Positions 31,888 to 45,346 of a DNA stretch of 64,000 bases are shown one piece after another. Position 1 is the stretch's first letter. Each line of letters starts with the position of its first letter. The translations under genes and the position numbers were made by a program. Source of the DNA: Bacteroidaceae bacterium. GTDB lineage: Bacteria > Bacteroidota > Bacteroidia > Bacteroidales > Bacteroidaceae. The stretch covers positions 805-64,804 of the forward strand of contig JAKSIY010000001.1 in NCBI GenBank assembly GCA_024398535.1. Direction: 5' to 3'. The notes beneath the pieces were generated by a model. The model was not told where the DNA came from. It did no database searches and saw only the letters and a list, made by a program, of their open reading frames with translations.

Positions 31888-33364
31888 TAACGGTGTTCTG
31901 GTAATTGACTGGACTTGCAGCTTCCATCATTGCACCTGCAAATTCACGTGGGCTGATGCTGACCGGCTCCTTCATGAATTCTGGGATGTTGTATGAATAC
32001 ATGAAACCCTGTGAGAAATCCGGATCACGCTGAGGCAGTGCGAACGGCTTTGAGAAAGTACCATCCTCCTGCAGGTGTGCCAGGTATGGGCGGGTGTATG
32101 CGCCGTCATCGCGGCGGGTACTGAAGATTATCCATTTTCCGTTGCTGGACCAGGAGTGGTAGCTGTCCACGTCCGGGCTGTTTATCTCTGTCAGCGGTCT
32201 TACCGAGTCAGTCTGCAGGTCAAGCATCCACAGGTCTGCATCCCTGTGCCAGATGTGGAAGATACCGTGTCCGCCCTGCGTGAACATCAGGTATCTGCCG
32301 TCCGGCGATACTCTTGGTAGGGTGATGCTCTGGCCCATCGATGCCGCATCGATCATCATCTCTGATGCGCCCCATGTCCGGGTGTCAGGGTTGAATGGTT
32401 TCCTGTAAAGGTCATACCTTATCTCCTGATAGTTGTCCATGAGGATTCCCATGCGGCTGTCGTCGGCCGGGGCTTCAAAATGTGCTGAAACGTAATAGAG
32501 AGTCCTGCCGTCAGGTGACCATGCCGGGAAGCACTCAAACTGGTCTGGCTGGTTCTCTATGATGCTCACGGCATTCTCACGGATGTTATATAGAATAAGG
32601 TCGCTCTGCATGTCCTGAACCTCAATGCGGTTCGGGTCTGTCAGCTGGATTGACTGCTTGGTCTGGTTTACCGAGTATGCAATGAAGTCATGAGTAGGAT
32701 GCCATGCCGGATAGACACCGGCAGAAAGGGTGGAATCAGTCTTCAGGTTTATCTTGCTTACCTCTCCGTCCCTGACAAGAATAGTTCCGCCCAGGTACTG
32801 ACGGGCATGGAACTGCATGTTGTCCGTGGTGTAGTTGCGGTAGTGATGGCAGTTTATGCACTGTCCGTTCTGGTCATCCTGTACCAGTGTGTTGGTGTAG
32901 ATGGTCTTCTTCCAGAATGACTCCAGGCTTCTCTGTTCAATGGAGAGTTCTTCATACTGCTCGAATGATGGCGGGATGAGCCTGTATGAGATGTATGGGT
33001 CAATAGGGTCAGAGACCTCAAGTGTAAATGTCCTGTATGCATTCCATCGGCCGTTCTCCTTTGCATAGACTGAGACTTCAATCCTGTCTGCATCGGCCAG
33101 AAGGGAGTGCCACTTCTTTTCCGGAATGTCAGTCTTCCTGCCGGAAACGGTGATGCTTGCAGAGGCTGTTGAGAACTCTGTCACGAAATCCTTGCCGGGC
33201 TCGTCAATCCTGAAGTTCAGTGGAGCAATGTTGGACGGAATTGTCAGGTTGGTGTAGTCTGGCCAGATTGCCGGCTGTCTGTCCTGCTGCAGGGCATCGC
33301 CGGGCACCTTTGCCGAACACGATGCAAGCAGAAGAAGCAATATGATATAAGGTGTTCTTTTCAT
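31880..33364 (-). CDS. Lipoprotein with a CXXCH motif and TolB/PD40-like beta-propeller repeats
   Basis: Start at MKRTPYIILLLLLASCS (lipobox). CINCH at about 32846-32860. WD40-like PD40 repeats (SPDG..L.F/Y). The ORF-track N-terminal extension overlaps the upstream gene and is rejected. Confidence 0.7.
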   Translation of the reverse strand: MKRTPYIILLLLLASCSAKVPGDALQQDRQPAIWPDYTNLTIPSNIAPLNFRIDEPGKDFVTEFSTASASITVSGRKTDIPEKKWHSLLADADRIEVSVYAKENGRWNAYRTFTLEVSDPIDPYISYRLIPPSFEQYEELSIEQRSLESFWKKTIYTNTLVQDDQNGQCINCHHYRNYTTDNMQFHARQYLGGTILVRDGEVSKINLKTDSTLSAGVYPAWHPTHDFIAYSVNQTKQSIQLTDPNRIEVQDMQSDLILYNIRENAVSIIENQPDQFECFPAWSPDGRTLYYVSAHFEAPADDSRMGILMDNYQEIRYDLYRKPFNPDTRTWGASEMMIDAASMGQSITLPRVSPDGRYLMFTQGGHGIFHIWHRDADLWMLDLQTDSVRPLTEINSPDVDSYHSWSSNGKWIIFSTRRDDGAYTRPYLAHLQEDGTFSKPFALPQRDPDFSQGFMYSYNIPEFMKEPVSISPREFAGAMMEAASPVNYQNTVNE

Positions 33365-33365
33365 T

Positions 33366-35306
33366 TCAATATGTCTCCAGATTTCTGATGAAATAGTAGT
33401 AGTAATAGAATGTCTTGCCAAAGCTCTTTCCGTACTGATAGCGCATCTCTGCTTCAGAACGTACCGGATGCTGCTGCACATACTGCATGAACTGTGCGTA
33501 GCGGTCCTTGACACCCTTGTCAATCTTCAGCATGTTGACCTCTTCCATGCCTTCAAGGTTTCCGTACAGATAGGCAGCCTCTTGGGCATAGAGCGGAATG
33601 TCCTGGTTGTGGTGGGACTTCATCCAGTTCAGCAGGGCGTCAAAGAAATTAGGGATGTTCTGTGACTGCATGGCCCACATGAGTGCAACCTGGTCGTAGA
33701 GAGGGGTTCCACCGGCAGGACGCTCTGTGGTGAAGCTGTTCATTATGTAGGCCTCAATTGAGATGACGTCATTTGAAAGATGGCTGTCTTCAGGCTCCAG
33801 CTGCTTTATGAATGCGTAAAAGTCTGATGCCTGAAGCTTTGCCGGATTTTCAATAAGCTCTTTCTGCTGCTGCGCCCATTTCCTGTTGAACATGCTCTTT
33901 TCAAGCTTTGAAAGCATCTTTTCTGCTGCTTTCAGGTTGCCGGCGGCTATCTGGGACATTGCTCCGTATTTGAGGGTCTCTGGTGTCCAGCCGTACTCAA
34001 CGGCGTCTTCCATGCACCAGCGGTAGCTGTAGTTGTAAAGTCCGTAGTTCAGATAAATCTCTTTTCCGCCCTGGAGAGAAAGCGGTATGAGCTCAGGCAT
34101 CCTCTGCTTCTGGCCTCCGTCCTTGTGGCTGTACATCTGATCCAGCTGTGTTCCCAGCCTGCAGAGTGCCAGGTTCCGGTACATGACCATGAGGCGTGAC
34201 GGGCTGTAGAACCTGTTTTCATACTCCTTGACGATTGAGTTCACCCGTGAGTTGTCATTCACTCCGGCCAGTTCTGCCGAGCGCTTGGCAAAAACCTTCT
34301 CGTCAGATTTCCTGAACCGTTCTGCCGTGCTGTCCTGAATGCGTACTACCTCTTTCCAGTCTTCCCTGCCTATGGCATTGTGCATCTTCATTTCTGCCAT
34401 GAAGTTTGCGTCCTTGAACCAGAATCCTGCAAGTATGGCAACCGGAAGAATGACCGATGCGGCCTGTATTCCCCACCATGTCATTTCTGATGGCTCCTTA
34501 TTCCAGCCCGATGCATGATAGCCTGCGGCTGCCAGTGAGACAAGCATGAGAATTGCAACCGGCCCCCAGCAGCAGAAATACTCCTTTGTCAGGTTGACGG
34601 CCGGGATTCCAGCCAGGAACCAGTCCTGTGGCCTGATGGTAATGTAAAGACTGCTGCATATCCGTGGCAGCAGTACTGCGGCTCCAAGTACGGAACTGCA
34701 GACGGGCAGCCTGAGCTTTCCTTCCTTCCTTATGGTCATGATGCCCATGCACAGCGTGGCAACCATGGCGTAGCTGCCGAATGCCATGTATCCCAGACTG
34801 CTCCACAGCAGTGCAATGCCTGCCCCCGCTATGAGTCCGCTCCTGCGGTATGCCCATACAGCCAGCATCGATGCCAGGTATCCTGTCATGCCCATGAAGA
34901 ACCAGCCCTGACTTTTGATTGTGAAGATGCCGTAGCCCAGACCCATGTCCGATGCCAGCAGGAGCGCCGGTGGCACTAACGCCAGCAGAGACAGATGCCC
35001 GGGCAGGTCAAACGCCTTGCGTACTGTCATGAAGATGGCGGCCAGAAGAATGACTGCCAGCAGGGCTCCCATCCAGGGGAAAATGAGGAATTGGTTCAGG
35101 AACCTGCCTATGTAACTTCCCAGACCTGCAGGGTGCGCCAGACAGTCCATGAAATAATCTTTTCCGGTTATGAAAAGGGAACGCTCCTCAATCCTTGAAA
35201 GCAGGTCATGCGAGATGCCCCCAAGCGCTATGAGTACCAGTACTGCTGCCACGGCAGCTGCGCCTGGCTGTACCAGTCTCTTTATCTTGCTCATGTATGA
35301 ATGCAT
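33366..35306 (-). CDS. Polytopic membrane protein with a C-terminal soluble helical-repeat region (DUF6057-like)
   Basis: Start at MHSYMSKIKRL, or at 35294. About 10 TM helices followed by a ~300-aa helical domain. The stop lies 1 nt from the start of the downstream lipoprotein gene. Confidence 0.65.
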   Translation of the reverse strand: MHSYMSKIKRLVQPGAAAVAAVLVLIALGGISHDLLSRIEERSLFITGKDYFMDCLAHPAGLGSYIGRFLNQFLIFPWMGALLAVILLAAIFMTVRKAFDLPGHLSLLALVPPALLLASDMGLGYGIFTIKSQGWFFMGMTGYLASMLAVWAYRRSGLIAGAGIALLWSSLGYMAFGSYAMVATLCMGIMTIRKEGKLRLPVCSSVLGAAVLLPRICSSLYITIRPQDWFLAGIPAVNLTKEYFCCWGPVAILMLVSLAAAGYHASGWNKEPSEMTWWGIQAASVILPVAILAGFWFKDANFMAEMKMHNAIGREDWKEVVRIQDSTAERFRKSDEKVFAKRSAELAGVNDNSRVNSIVKEYENRFYSPSRLMVMYRNLALCRLGTQLDQMYSHKDGGQKQRMPELIPLSLQGGKEIYLNYGLYNYSYRWCMEDAVEYGWTPETLKYGAMSQIAAGNLKAAEKMLSKLEKSMFNRKWAQQQKELIENPAKLQASDFYAFIKQLEPEDSHLSNDVISIEAYIMNSFTTERPAGGTPLYDQVALMWAMQSQNIPNFFDALLNWMKSHHNQDIPLYAQEAAYLYGNLEGMEEVNMLKIDKGVKDRYAQFMQYVQQHPVRSEAEMRYQYGKSFGKTFYYYYYFIRNLETY

Positions 35307-35366
35307 ATTGTAGGAATTTGAGTGTAAAGTTAGCTTTTTTTTGTTACTTTCGCAGGTAGAAAGTAA

Positions 35367-39019
<3,653 letters not shown>

Positions 39020-39065
39020 AAATTTTCCTATTTTTGCAAGTTAAAACTGCAAAACACAGAATAAG

Positions 39066-41792
39066 GTGCTGAAAGATCTCCTCAAAAGAGCCGTTGGGCT
39101 GGCATTTGCCCTGCTGCTGATCCCCTCCGTACAGGGTCGGGCTCAGGAGGCTCTGGATTCCATCCCCGATATCGCTCCGATACCGGTGGACAGCATTGTC
39201 TCAGCACCTGATTCCGTGAAACCAAAGAAGAAGGATGCCCTTGATGCCCCGGTTGAATATGAGTCAACTGATTCCATGGTATGGAGCAGGGGTGGAAACG
39301 CATCGCTCTTTGGTAACGGAAAGATTGTCTATCAGAATATCAAGCTTGATGCCGAAATCATTAAGATGCAGGTTGACAGCAGCTTGGTATATGCAGACGG
39401 CGTAAGGGATTCTGCAGGAAACTGGAAAGGAACTCCAATCTTCATGGACGGCGGTACTCCCTATGAGTCGCGTCACATGAGCTACAACTTCAAGACAGAG
39501 AAGGGATACATCAATGAGATTGTGACCCAGCAGGGCGAGGGCTTCATGACCAGTTCGCAGGCCAAGAAGGGCCCTGAGGGAGAATACTACATTTCTGATG
39601 GTGTATATACTACCTGTGATGACCATGACGATCCGCACTTTGGCATCCGCATTACCCGCGCAAAGGTACGTCCGGGTAAGGATGTCGTATTCGGTCCTGC
39701 CATTCTTGAGGTCATGAGCGTACCTCTGCCAATCGTTCTTCCGTTCGGCTTCTTCCCGTTCACGGAGAGCAGCTACTCTTCTGGTATAATAGTTCCTTCA
39801 TACGGAGACGAACTGGACCGAGGCTTCTATCTGAAGGACGGAGGATACTACTTTGCCCTGTCTGACAAGATGGACCTGAAGGTTCTGGGCGAGGTTTTTA
39901 CCAAGGGTTCCTGGGGACTGTCGGCCGAGAGCAATTACCGCAGGAGATACAAATATTCGGGCAACGTCTTTGCAAGTACTCTTACTACAAAGCTTGGAGA
40001 GAAGGATATGCCTGACTACAGCGTGACCAAGAACTTCAAGATCAGATGGACCCACAGGCAGGACGCCAAGGCCAATCCTTACCAGAACTTCTCGGCCAGC
40101 GTCAATTTTGCGACTTCAAGCTATGAGCGTTCAAATCTGTCCAGCCTGTACAATCCTGCGCTGACGTCGCAGAGTACCAGGACTTCAAGTATAAGCTATT
40201 CACGCAGCTTTCCAAAGATAGGCCTGAACATGTCCAGCTCTTTCAACCTTTCCCAGAACATGAGGGATACCACCATCTCAATGACGGCTCCTTCACTCAG
40301 CCTGTCCGTGAACAGGTTCTATCCGTTCAAGCGCAAGAAGGGGGTCGGCGATGAGCGTTGGTATGAGAAGATTTCAATGACCTACACCGGAACCCTCAGC
40401 AACAGCATTACCGCAAAGGAGAGTGAGATCCTTCAGAAGAATCTGGCGCGTGACTGGAACAACGGCATGAAACACTCAATTCCAGTGAGTGCCACTTTCC
40501 AGATTCTGAAGAACATCAATGTTACCCCGTCATTCAATTATACGGAACGTTGGTACACCTACAGGGTAAATCAGGACTGGGACTATACCAGACAGGCTGT
40601 TGCCCGTGATACCGTGTTCGGATTCAACAGGGTTTACAACTACAACATGGCAGTTTCCGCCAACACCAAGCTGTATGGCTTCTACCAGCCGACCAAGCTA
40701 TGGACAGATATCTTCGGTGACAAGCTCATGATGGTGCGCCATGTGTTCACACCGTCGCTGAGCTATAGCATGACTCCTGATTTCAGCGATGCCAAGTATG
40801 GCTTCTATGACTCATATACCTACACCGACACGGAAGGTGAAGTTCATACTGTAACGTATTCTCCATTCCAGGGCTCTTTGTATGGCGTTCCGGGGTCCGG
40901 CAAGAGCGGAAGCATCTCACTTGATGTCTCAAACAATGTTGAGATGAAGCTCCGGTCTGACAAGGATACAACGGGAATCAAGAAGATAAGCCTCATAGAC
41001 GAACTTGGCGGTTCAATTTCATATAATATGGCGGCTGCTACACGTCCATGGAGTAACCTGTCAACTCGTACCCGCATCAAGCTTACCAAGAACTACACCT
41101 TCAGCCTCAATGCCACGTGGGCTACATACGCTTATGAGTTCAACGATGCAGGAAAGGTAGTGGTAGGTGACAGGACAGAGTGGTCGTATGGCCGTTTTGG
41201 CCGTTTCCAGGGCATGAGCCAGAATTTCTCATATACCTTCTCAAACAATACGCTGAGGGAATGGAAGACCAAGATAGAGAAGCTCAGGAACCGTTCCGGT
41301 GATGATGAGGATGAAGATGCAGAGTCTGCGGTCAATGCTCCTGGCGCTCCGGGTAAGACCGGCGGTAACGGCAAGTCTGAAGGTGGAGTGGAACTTGATG
41401 AGGATGGTTACACCAAATATACCCTGCCATGGTCGCTGTCCCTTTCATACGGTATCACCATGCGTGAGAACACCATGGGAAATTTCAATGCTGACCGCAT
41501 GCGCTACCCTTACAAGTTTACCCAGAACATGAATATTTCAGGTAACTTCAAGCTTACAAACAAGTGGAATTTCAACTACTCATCGGGCTGGGATTTTGTG
41601 GGCAAGGACTTTACGACTACCACAATGAGCGTGTCAAGAGACCTTCATTGCTTTACATTGTCATGCAGTATGGTGCTTAAACCATATACTTCATATAACT
41701 TTACAATCCAGGCTAATTCAAGCATGCTGTCAGATTTGCTCCGTGTCAAGAAGCGCAGCAGCAGTTCGCATGCGGTTAACTGGTATGACTGA
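39066..41792 (+). CDS. Large outer-membrane protein, putative LPS-assembly protein (LptD-like)
   Basis: 908 aa, GTG start per the ORF track, signal peptide, beta-strand-rich Ser/Tyr/Asn composition. Size and context are typical of Bacteroidetes LptD-like proteins. Confidence 0.65.
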   Translation: MLKDLLKRAVGLAFALLLIPSVQGRAQEALDSIPDIAPIPVDSIVSAPDSVKPKKKDALDAPVEYESTDSMVWSRGGNASLFGNGKIVYQNIKLDAEIIKMQVDSSLVYADGVRDSAGNWKGTPIFMDGGTPYESRHMSYNFKTEKGYINEIVTQQGEGFMTSSQAKKGPEGEYYISDGVYTTCDDHDDPHFGIRITRAKVRPGKDVVFGPAILEVMSVPLPIVLPFGFFPFTESSYSSGIIVPSYGDELDRGFYLKDGGYYFALSDKMDLKVLGEVFTKGSWGLSAESNYRRRYKYSGNVFASTLTTKLGEKDMPDYSVTKNFKIRWTHRQDAKANPYQNFSASVNFATSSYERSNLSSLYNPALTSQSTRTSSISYSRSFPKIGLNMSSSFNLSQNMRDTTISMTAPSLSLSVNRFYPFKRKKGVGDERWYEKISMTYTGTLSNSITAKESEILQKNLARDWNNGMKHSIPVSATFQILKNINVTPSFNYTERWYTYRVNQDWDYTRQAVARDTVFGFNRVYNYNMAVSANTKLYGFYQPTKLWTDIFGDKLMMVRHVFTPSLSYSMTPDFSDAKYGFYDSYTYTDTEGEVHTVTYSPFQGSLYGVPGSGKSGSISLDVSNNVEMKLRSDKDTTGIKKISLIDELGGSISYNMAAATRPWSNLSTRTRIKLTKNYTFSLNATWATYAYEFNDAGKVVVGDRTEWSYGRFGRFQGMSQNFSYTFSNNTLREWKTKIEKLRNRSGDDEDEDAESAVNAPGAPGKTGGNGKSEGGVELDEDGYTKYTLPWSLSLSYGITMRENTMGNFNADRMRYPYKFTQNMNISGNFKLTNKWNFNYSSGWDFVGKDFTTTTMSVSRDLHCFTLSCSMVLKPYTSYNFTIQANSSMLSDLLRVKKRSSSSHAVNWYD

Positions 41793-41825
41793 TAGAATTA
41801 TCAAACACTTTAAACATACACAGAT

Positions 41826-42863
41826 ATGAGTTATCTGATAATACCTAAGGACTACACCTCAAAGTTGTCTCTGCAGCAGACAGAGCAGGCTATCAAGATG
41901 CTGAAGGATTTCTTTCAGCAGAATCTTTCAACCGGTCTCAAGCTGAGACGTGTCACAGCGCCTCTGTTCGTAATGAAGGGAACCGGTATAAATGATGACC
42001 TCAACGGAGTTGAACGTGCTGTAACGTTCCCAATCATGGATCTTGGCGATGCCAAGGCCGAGGTTGTTCATTCACTTGCAAAGTGGAAGCGTGTTACCCT
42101 GGCAGAGTATGACATCAAGCCGGGTTATGGTATCTATACAGATATGAATGCCATACGTTCTGATGAGAGCCTTGGCAATCTTCATTCCCTTTATGTTGAC
42201 CAGTGGGACTGGGAGCGTACAATCACTGCTTCTGACCGTACCATTGATTTCCTGAAGAGCATTGTGAACAGAATATACTCTGCAATACTCAGGACAGAGT
42301 ATCTCATATATGAAACATATCCGGTTCTTGAGCCGTTCCTGGCTAAGGAGGTTCACTTCATCCACTCTGAGCAGCTGCGTCAGATGTATCCGGACAAGAC
42401 CGCCAAGGAGCGTGAAGATCTTATCACCAAGGAGTATGGTGCGGTGTTCCTGATGGGCATCGGCGGTAAACTGGGTGATGGCAAGGAGCATGATCTGCGT
42501 GCGCCGGACTATGATGACTGGACCACCCCAAATCAGGATGGATTCCTGGGCCTGAACGGTGACCTTCTTGTCTGGAACCCAATCCTGCAGCGTTCTGAGG
42601 AGCTCTCTTCAATGGGTATCAGAGTTGATAAGGAGGCTCTGTTGAAACAGCTTGCTCTGTGTGGAAAGGAAGACAGGAAGGAGCTGTATTTCCACAAGAG
42701 ACTGCTTTCTGACCAGTTGCCTCTGAGCATCGGCGGCGGCATCGGCCAGTCACGTCTGTGCATGCTTCTGCTGCAGAAAGCTCATATCGGTGAAGTCCAG
42801 GCCAGCATCTGGCCAGAGGAGCAGCGTGCTCAGTGCAAGGCTGCAGGCATTCAGCTGATCTGA
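41826..42863 (+). CDS. asnA: Aspartate--ammonia ligase
   Basis: 345 aa. Collinear with E. coli AsnA ([42 protein letters not shown]). Confidence 0.9.
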   Translation: MSYLIIPKDYTSKLSLQQTEQAIKMLKDFFQQNLSTGLKLRRVTAPLFVMKGTGINDDLNGVERAVTFPIMDLGDAKAEVVHSLAKWKRVTLAEYDIKPGYGIYTDMNAIRSDESLGNLHSLYVDQWDWERTITASDRTIDFLKSIVNRIYSAILRTEYLIYETYPVLEPFLAKEVHFIHSEQLRQMYPDKTAKEREDLITKEYGAVFLMGIGGKLGDGKEHDLRAPDYDDWTTPNQDGFLGLNGDLLVWNPILQRSEELSSMGIRVDKEALLKQLALCGKEDRKELYFHKRLLSDQLPLSIGGGIGQSRLCMLLLQKAHIGEVQASIWPEEQRAQCKAAGIQLI

Positions 42864-42867
42864 AATC

Positions 42868-43530
42868 ATGGACGTCCGCATTGAACAGAGCTGGAAGGAG
42901 GTTCTTCAACCTGAGTTTGACAAGCCCTATTTCAGGAATCTGACAGATTTTGTAAGGCAGGAATACTCTACAGTGCAGGTATTCCCGCCGGCACGTCTTA
43001 TATTCAATGCGTTTGACTTGTGTCCTTTCAATAAAGTAAAGGTGGTGATCATTGGCCAGGACCCGTATCATGGTCCTGGTCAGGCTCACGGCCTGTGCTT
43101 CTCAGTCAATGACGGCATACAGTTTCCGCCGTCTCTCAAGAATATCTTCAAGGAGATTGAATCAGACCTGGGCAAGCCGGTTCCCCAGAGCGGAAATCTT
43201 ACGCGCTGGGCTCAGCAGGGGGTACTGCTCCTCAACGCTACGCTGACAGTCCGCGCCCACAATGCCGGCTCGCACCAGAAGCAAGGGTGGGAGACCTTCA
43301 CCGATGCTGTCATCAAGGAACTTGCAACCAGACGAACAGACCTGGTATTCATCCTCTGGGGCTCGTACGCCCAGAAGAAGGGCGCATTCATTGACCGCAG
43401 CCGCCATCTGGTCCTGCAGTCTGCCCATCCGTCGCCCCTCTCGGCCTACAACGGCTTCTTCGGCAACCACCACTTCAGCCTGACCAACCAGTGGCTCACA
43501 GACCACGGTCAGTCTCCCATTGACTGGTGA
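42868..43530 (+). CDS. ung: Uracil-DNA glycosylase
   Basis: 220 aa. [18 protein letters not shown] and HPSPLS motifs. Confidence 0.95.
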   Translation: MDVRIEQSWKEVLQPEFDKPYFRNLTDFVRQEYSTVQVFPPARLIFNAFDLCPFNKVKVVIIGQDPYHGPGQAHGLCFSVNDGIQFPPSLKNIFKEIESDLGKPVPQSGNLTRWAQQGVLLLNATLTVRAHNAGSHQKQGWETFTDAVIKELATRRTDLVFILWGSYAQKKGAFIDRSRHLVLQSAHPSPLSAYNGFFGNHHFSLTNQWLTDHGQSPIDW

Positions 43531-43558
43531 ACAAAAATGGAACATTTTGGAACATTTT

Positions 43559-43807
43559 GGGGACAGGTCATCGCCTGGCGAGGGACAGGTCCCGTTTTGG
43601 CGAGGTTGTCCGGGGCGTTTGGCCTTGTCCTGCCCCTGGTGCTTGGGATTTCTTCTTTTCCGGGTGCGAATAGTATCTCCTTGCCCCTGCGATGCCCTTT
43701 CCGCGGCTTGTCCGGGGCGTTTGGCGGGGTTTTGCCCCTGGTGCTTGGGATTTCTTCTTTTCCGGGTGCTAATAGTATCTTTTTGCACCTGCGTGACCAT
43801 TTCCCGC
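43559..43807 (-). repeat. Second, inverted copy of the mosaic repeat element (tail module plus two 102-bp units plus head)
   Basis: Its reverse complement aligns with 3684-4135. It has the same head (gcgggaaatggtcacgcaggtgc), the same 102-bp unit length and the same tail (cgccaggcgatgacctgtcccc). It starts 29 nt after the ung stop. Confidence 0.9.
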
Positions 43808-43836
43808 TCCTCGCTGCTACTATACCATCAGCTGTC

Positions 43837-44286
43837 ATGTCTGTTATTAGACTTTCTGGCGGCTTTGGCGGAGATGGTATTCTTTTCCTGAATAAAGTAT
43901 TGGATTTAAGGGAAGAAAGAACAATCGAGCCTCATAAAACATACAGAGAAACTTTCATAATACCTGTAACTGCACCTGTGTTTAGAAAAGGTGTTAACTA
44001 TTTCAAACTTTACTATCTTAGTAGGGAATTAGGTGGGAAAATGAAAGTATATAACAAATTAACAGGTAGCTTGGAGTCAGATGAGTTTCTAATTTATGTA
44101 AATTGACCTCTACCAGTTAGATGTAACCATCAACTGATAACTAATGAGTTTAGAAAATACATCCCTTACGGGTACAGAAATAATCCACAATATCTGGATG
44201 TGAATATTAATGACGTAATGCGTAAGGTATATCAAAAGTATCCACTACCAAAATATCGAACAAATGAAACAATTCTTAATCTTTAG
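43837..44286 (+). pseudogene. AT-rich hypothetical gene remnant interrupted by an in-frame TGA (44104-44106)
   Basis: A single frame reads MSVIRLSGG...DEFLIYVN*PLPVRCNHQ...ETILNL*. By eye it is clearly more AT-rich than its neighbours, with Asn/Tyr/Lys-rich composition. No recognisable family. Confidence 0.35.
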
Positions 44287-44303
44287 ATTTCGTGCGTCAG
44301 AAT

Positions 44304-44371
44304 GGGGGACAGGTCATCGCCTGGCGAGGGACAGGTCCCGAATTGTTCGAACGCCAAAGAGGGGACTGGTC
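44304..44371 (+). repeat. Solo tail module of the mosaic element plus a nearby GGGGACTGGTC variant
   Basis: gggggacaggtcatcgcctggcgagggacaggtcccg at 44304-44340. ttcgaacg and ggggactggtc follow at 44361-44371. Confidence 0.8.
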
Positions 44372-44409
44372 AAAAAAAATGCTAACTTAGCGACGGCAAA
44401 TTATTTAAT

Positions 44410-44679
44410 ATGAGAATATCTAAAGGATTCAAGATGCGTGACCTGTGCGGAGTGAACATTGTCACGCCAAGCGGTCTGGAGCAGGCCAACTTCAACAAGA
44501 TGATGACCCTGAATGAGACTGCCGCCTTCCTGTGGGAGTCAATCAAGGAGAGTGACTTCAACGAAGATACTCTGGCAGACCTGCTCTGTTCGGAGTACGA
44601 GGTCAGCCGTGAGACTGCCATGGCCGATGCCGTGAAGCTTATCAATGACTGGAGAGAAGCCGGTGTACTGGAGGACTGA
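44410..44679 (+). CDS. PqqD-family protein (RiPP recognition element-like peptide chaperone)
   Basis: 89 aa. The pattern ...LNETAAFLWE.....F....L...L..EYEVS.E.A..D...LI..W...G.L is typical of PqqD/RRE domains. Confidence 0.7.
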   Translation: MRISKGFKMRDLCGVNIVTPSGLEQANFNKMMTLNETAAFLWESIKESDFNEDTLADLLCSEYEVSRETAMADAVKLINDWREAGVLED

Positions 44680-44723
44680 CAAAAGAAAGAACAGTCACAG
44701 GAATTCATCAGGGAGGGCAAATA

Positions 44724-45251
44724 ATGAACACGGAAACTCACGACCAGACAGTCAGACCCTGCTCTCTTGAGGAAATCATTGAGAGAGAGGGGCAGATTGC
44801 GTACCCGAACGTGGGTGACAGCATGTGGCCGCTGATACGCCAGGGCAAGGACCTAGTCATTATCACCCGCAAGCCCCAGGGGCGTCTGAAACGCTATGAC
44901 GTACCTCTGTACCGTCGTGATTCGGACCGCCAGGCAAACAACGGAAAGTATGTGCTGCACAGGATTCTGCACGTGCGTAAAAATGACTACCTGATAACCG
45001 GTGACAACCGATGGAACATTGAGCGTGGAATAACCGACCGTCATATTGTAGGCGTGCTGACTGCCGTAGTCCGATGCGGTGCCGACCCAAGGGTAAGCAA
45101 CCCACGCACTGTCCGCGTAACCGACCCGTTATACCGAATATATACCCACCTGTGGTGCGACCTATTCCCACTGCGCGCCATAATCTTCTGGCTGCGTGAC
45201 CTGCCAGGCCGGGTGAAACGCTTTGGGGACAGGTCTTCGAACGTTCGATGA
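44724..45251 (+). CDS. S24/S26 family peptidase, apparently Ser/His (SipW/Sec11-like) type
   Basis: 175 aa. GDSMWPL (nucleophile Ser), VLHRIL (His where bacterial SPase I has KR) and ITGDNRWN (box E-like). The last 9 codons lie inside a GGGGACAGGTC palindrome. Confidence 0.7.
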   Translation: MNTETHDQTVRPCSLEEIIEREGQIAYPNVGDSMWPLIRQGKDLVIITRKPQGRLKRYDVPLYRRDSDRQANNGKYVLHRILHVRKNDYLITGDNRWNIERGITDRHIVGVLTAVVRCGADPRVSNPRTVRVTDPLYRIYTHLWCDLFPLRAIIFWLRDLPGRVKRFGDRSSNVR

Positions 45252-45260
45252 CCTGTCCCC
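45225..45260. repeat. 36-bp near-perfect palindrome made of inverted GGGGACAGGTC motifs around tcgaacgttcga
   Basis: ggggacaggtcttcgaacgttcgatgacctgtcccc. It contains the peptidase stop codon (45249-45251). Confidence 0.9.
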
Positions 45261-45286
45261 AAAAAAGCAAAAAAATCTCCGTTTTC

Positions 45287-45317
45287 TTTGGCAGTATTGC
45301 AAGATGCATTACATTTG
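45287..45317 (+). promoter_or_regulatory. Candidate Bacteroidetes promoter (-33 TTTG / -7 TAnnTTTG) for the toxin-antitoxin pair
   Basis: tttg at 45287-45290 and tacatttg at 45310-45317, with a 19-nt spacer. It lies 30 nt upstream of the ATG at 45347. Confidence 0.45.
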
Positions 45318-45346
45318 CACTACAAACAAAATAAAAATAATACATT

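Noticed and set aside
43162-43800. 212-aa minus-strand ORF spanning the repeat element and the ung 3' region.
   Set aside because: The N-terminal half is the repeat-derived frame. The rest is antisense to ung, which has unambiguous motifs.
44104-44106. In-frame TGA as selenocysteine or recoding.
   Set aside because: No SECIS-like hairpin was noticed, TGA is used as an ordinary stop by neighbouring genes (for example ung), and the region looks degraded. A pseudogene is the simpler explanation.
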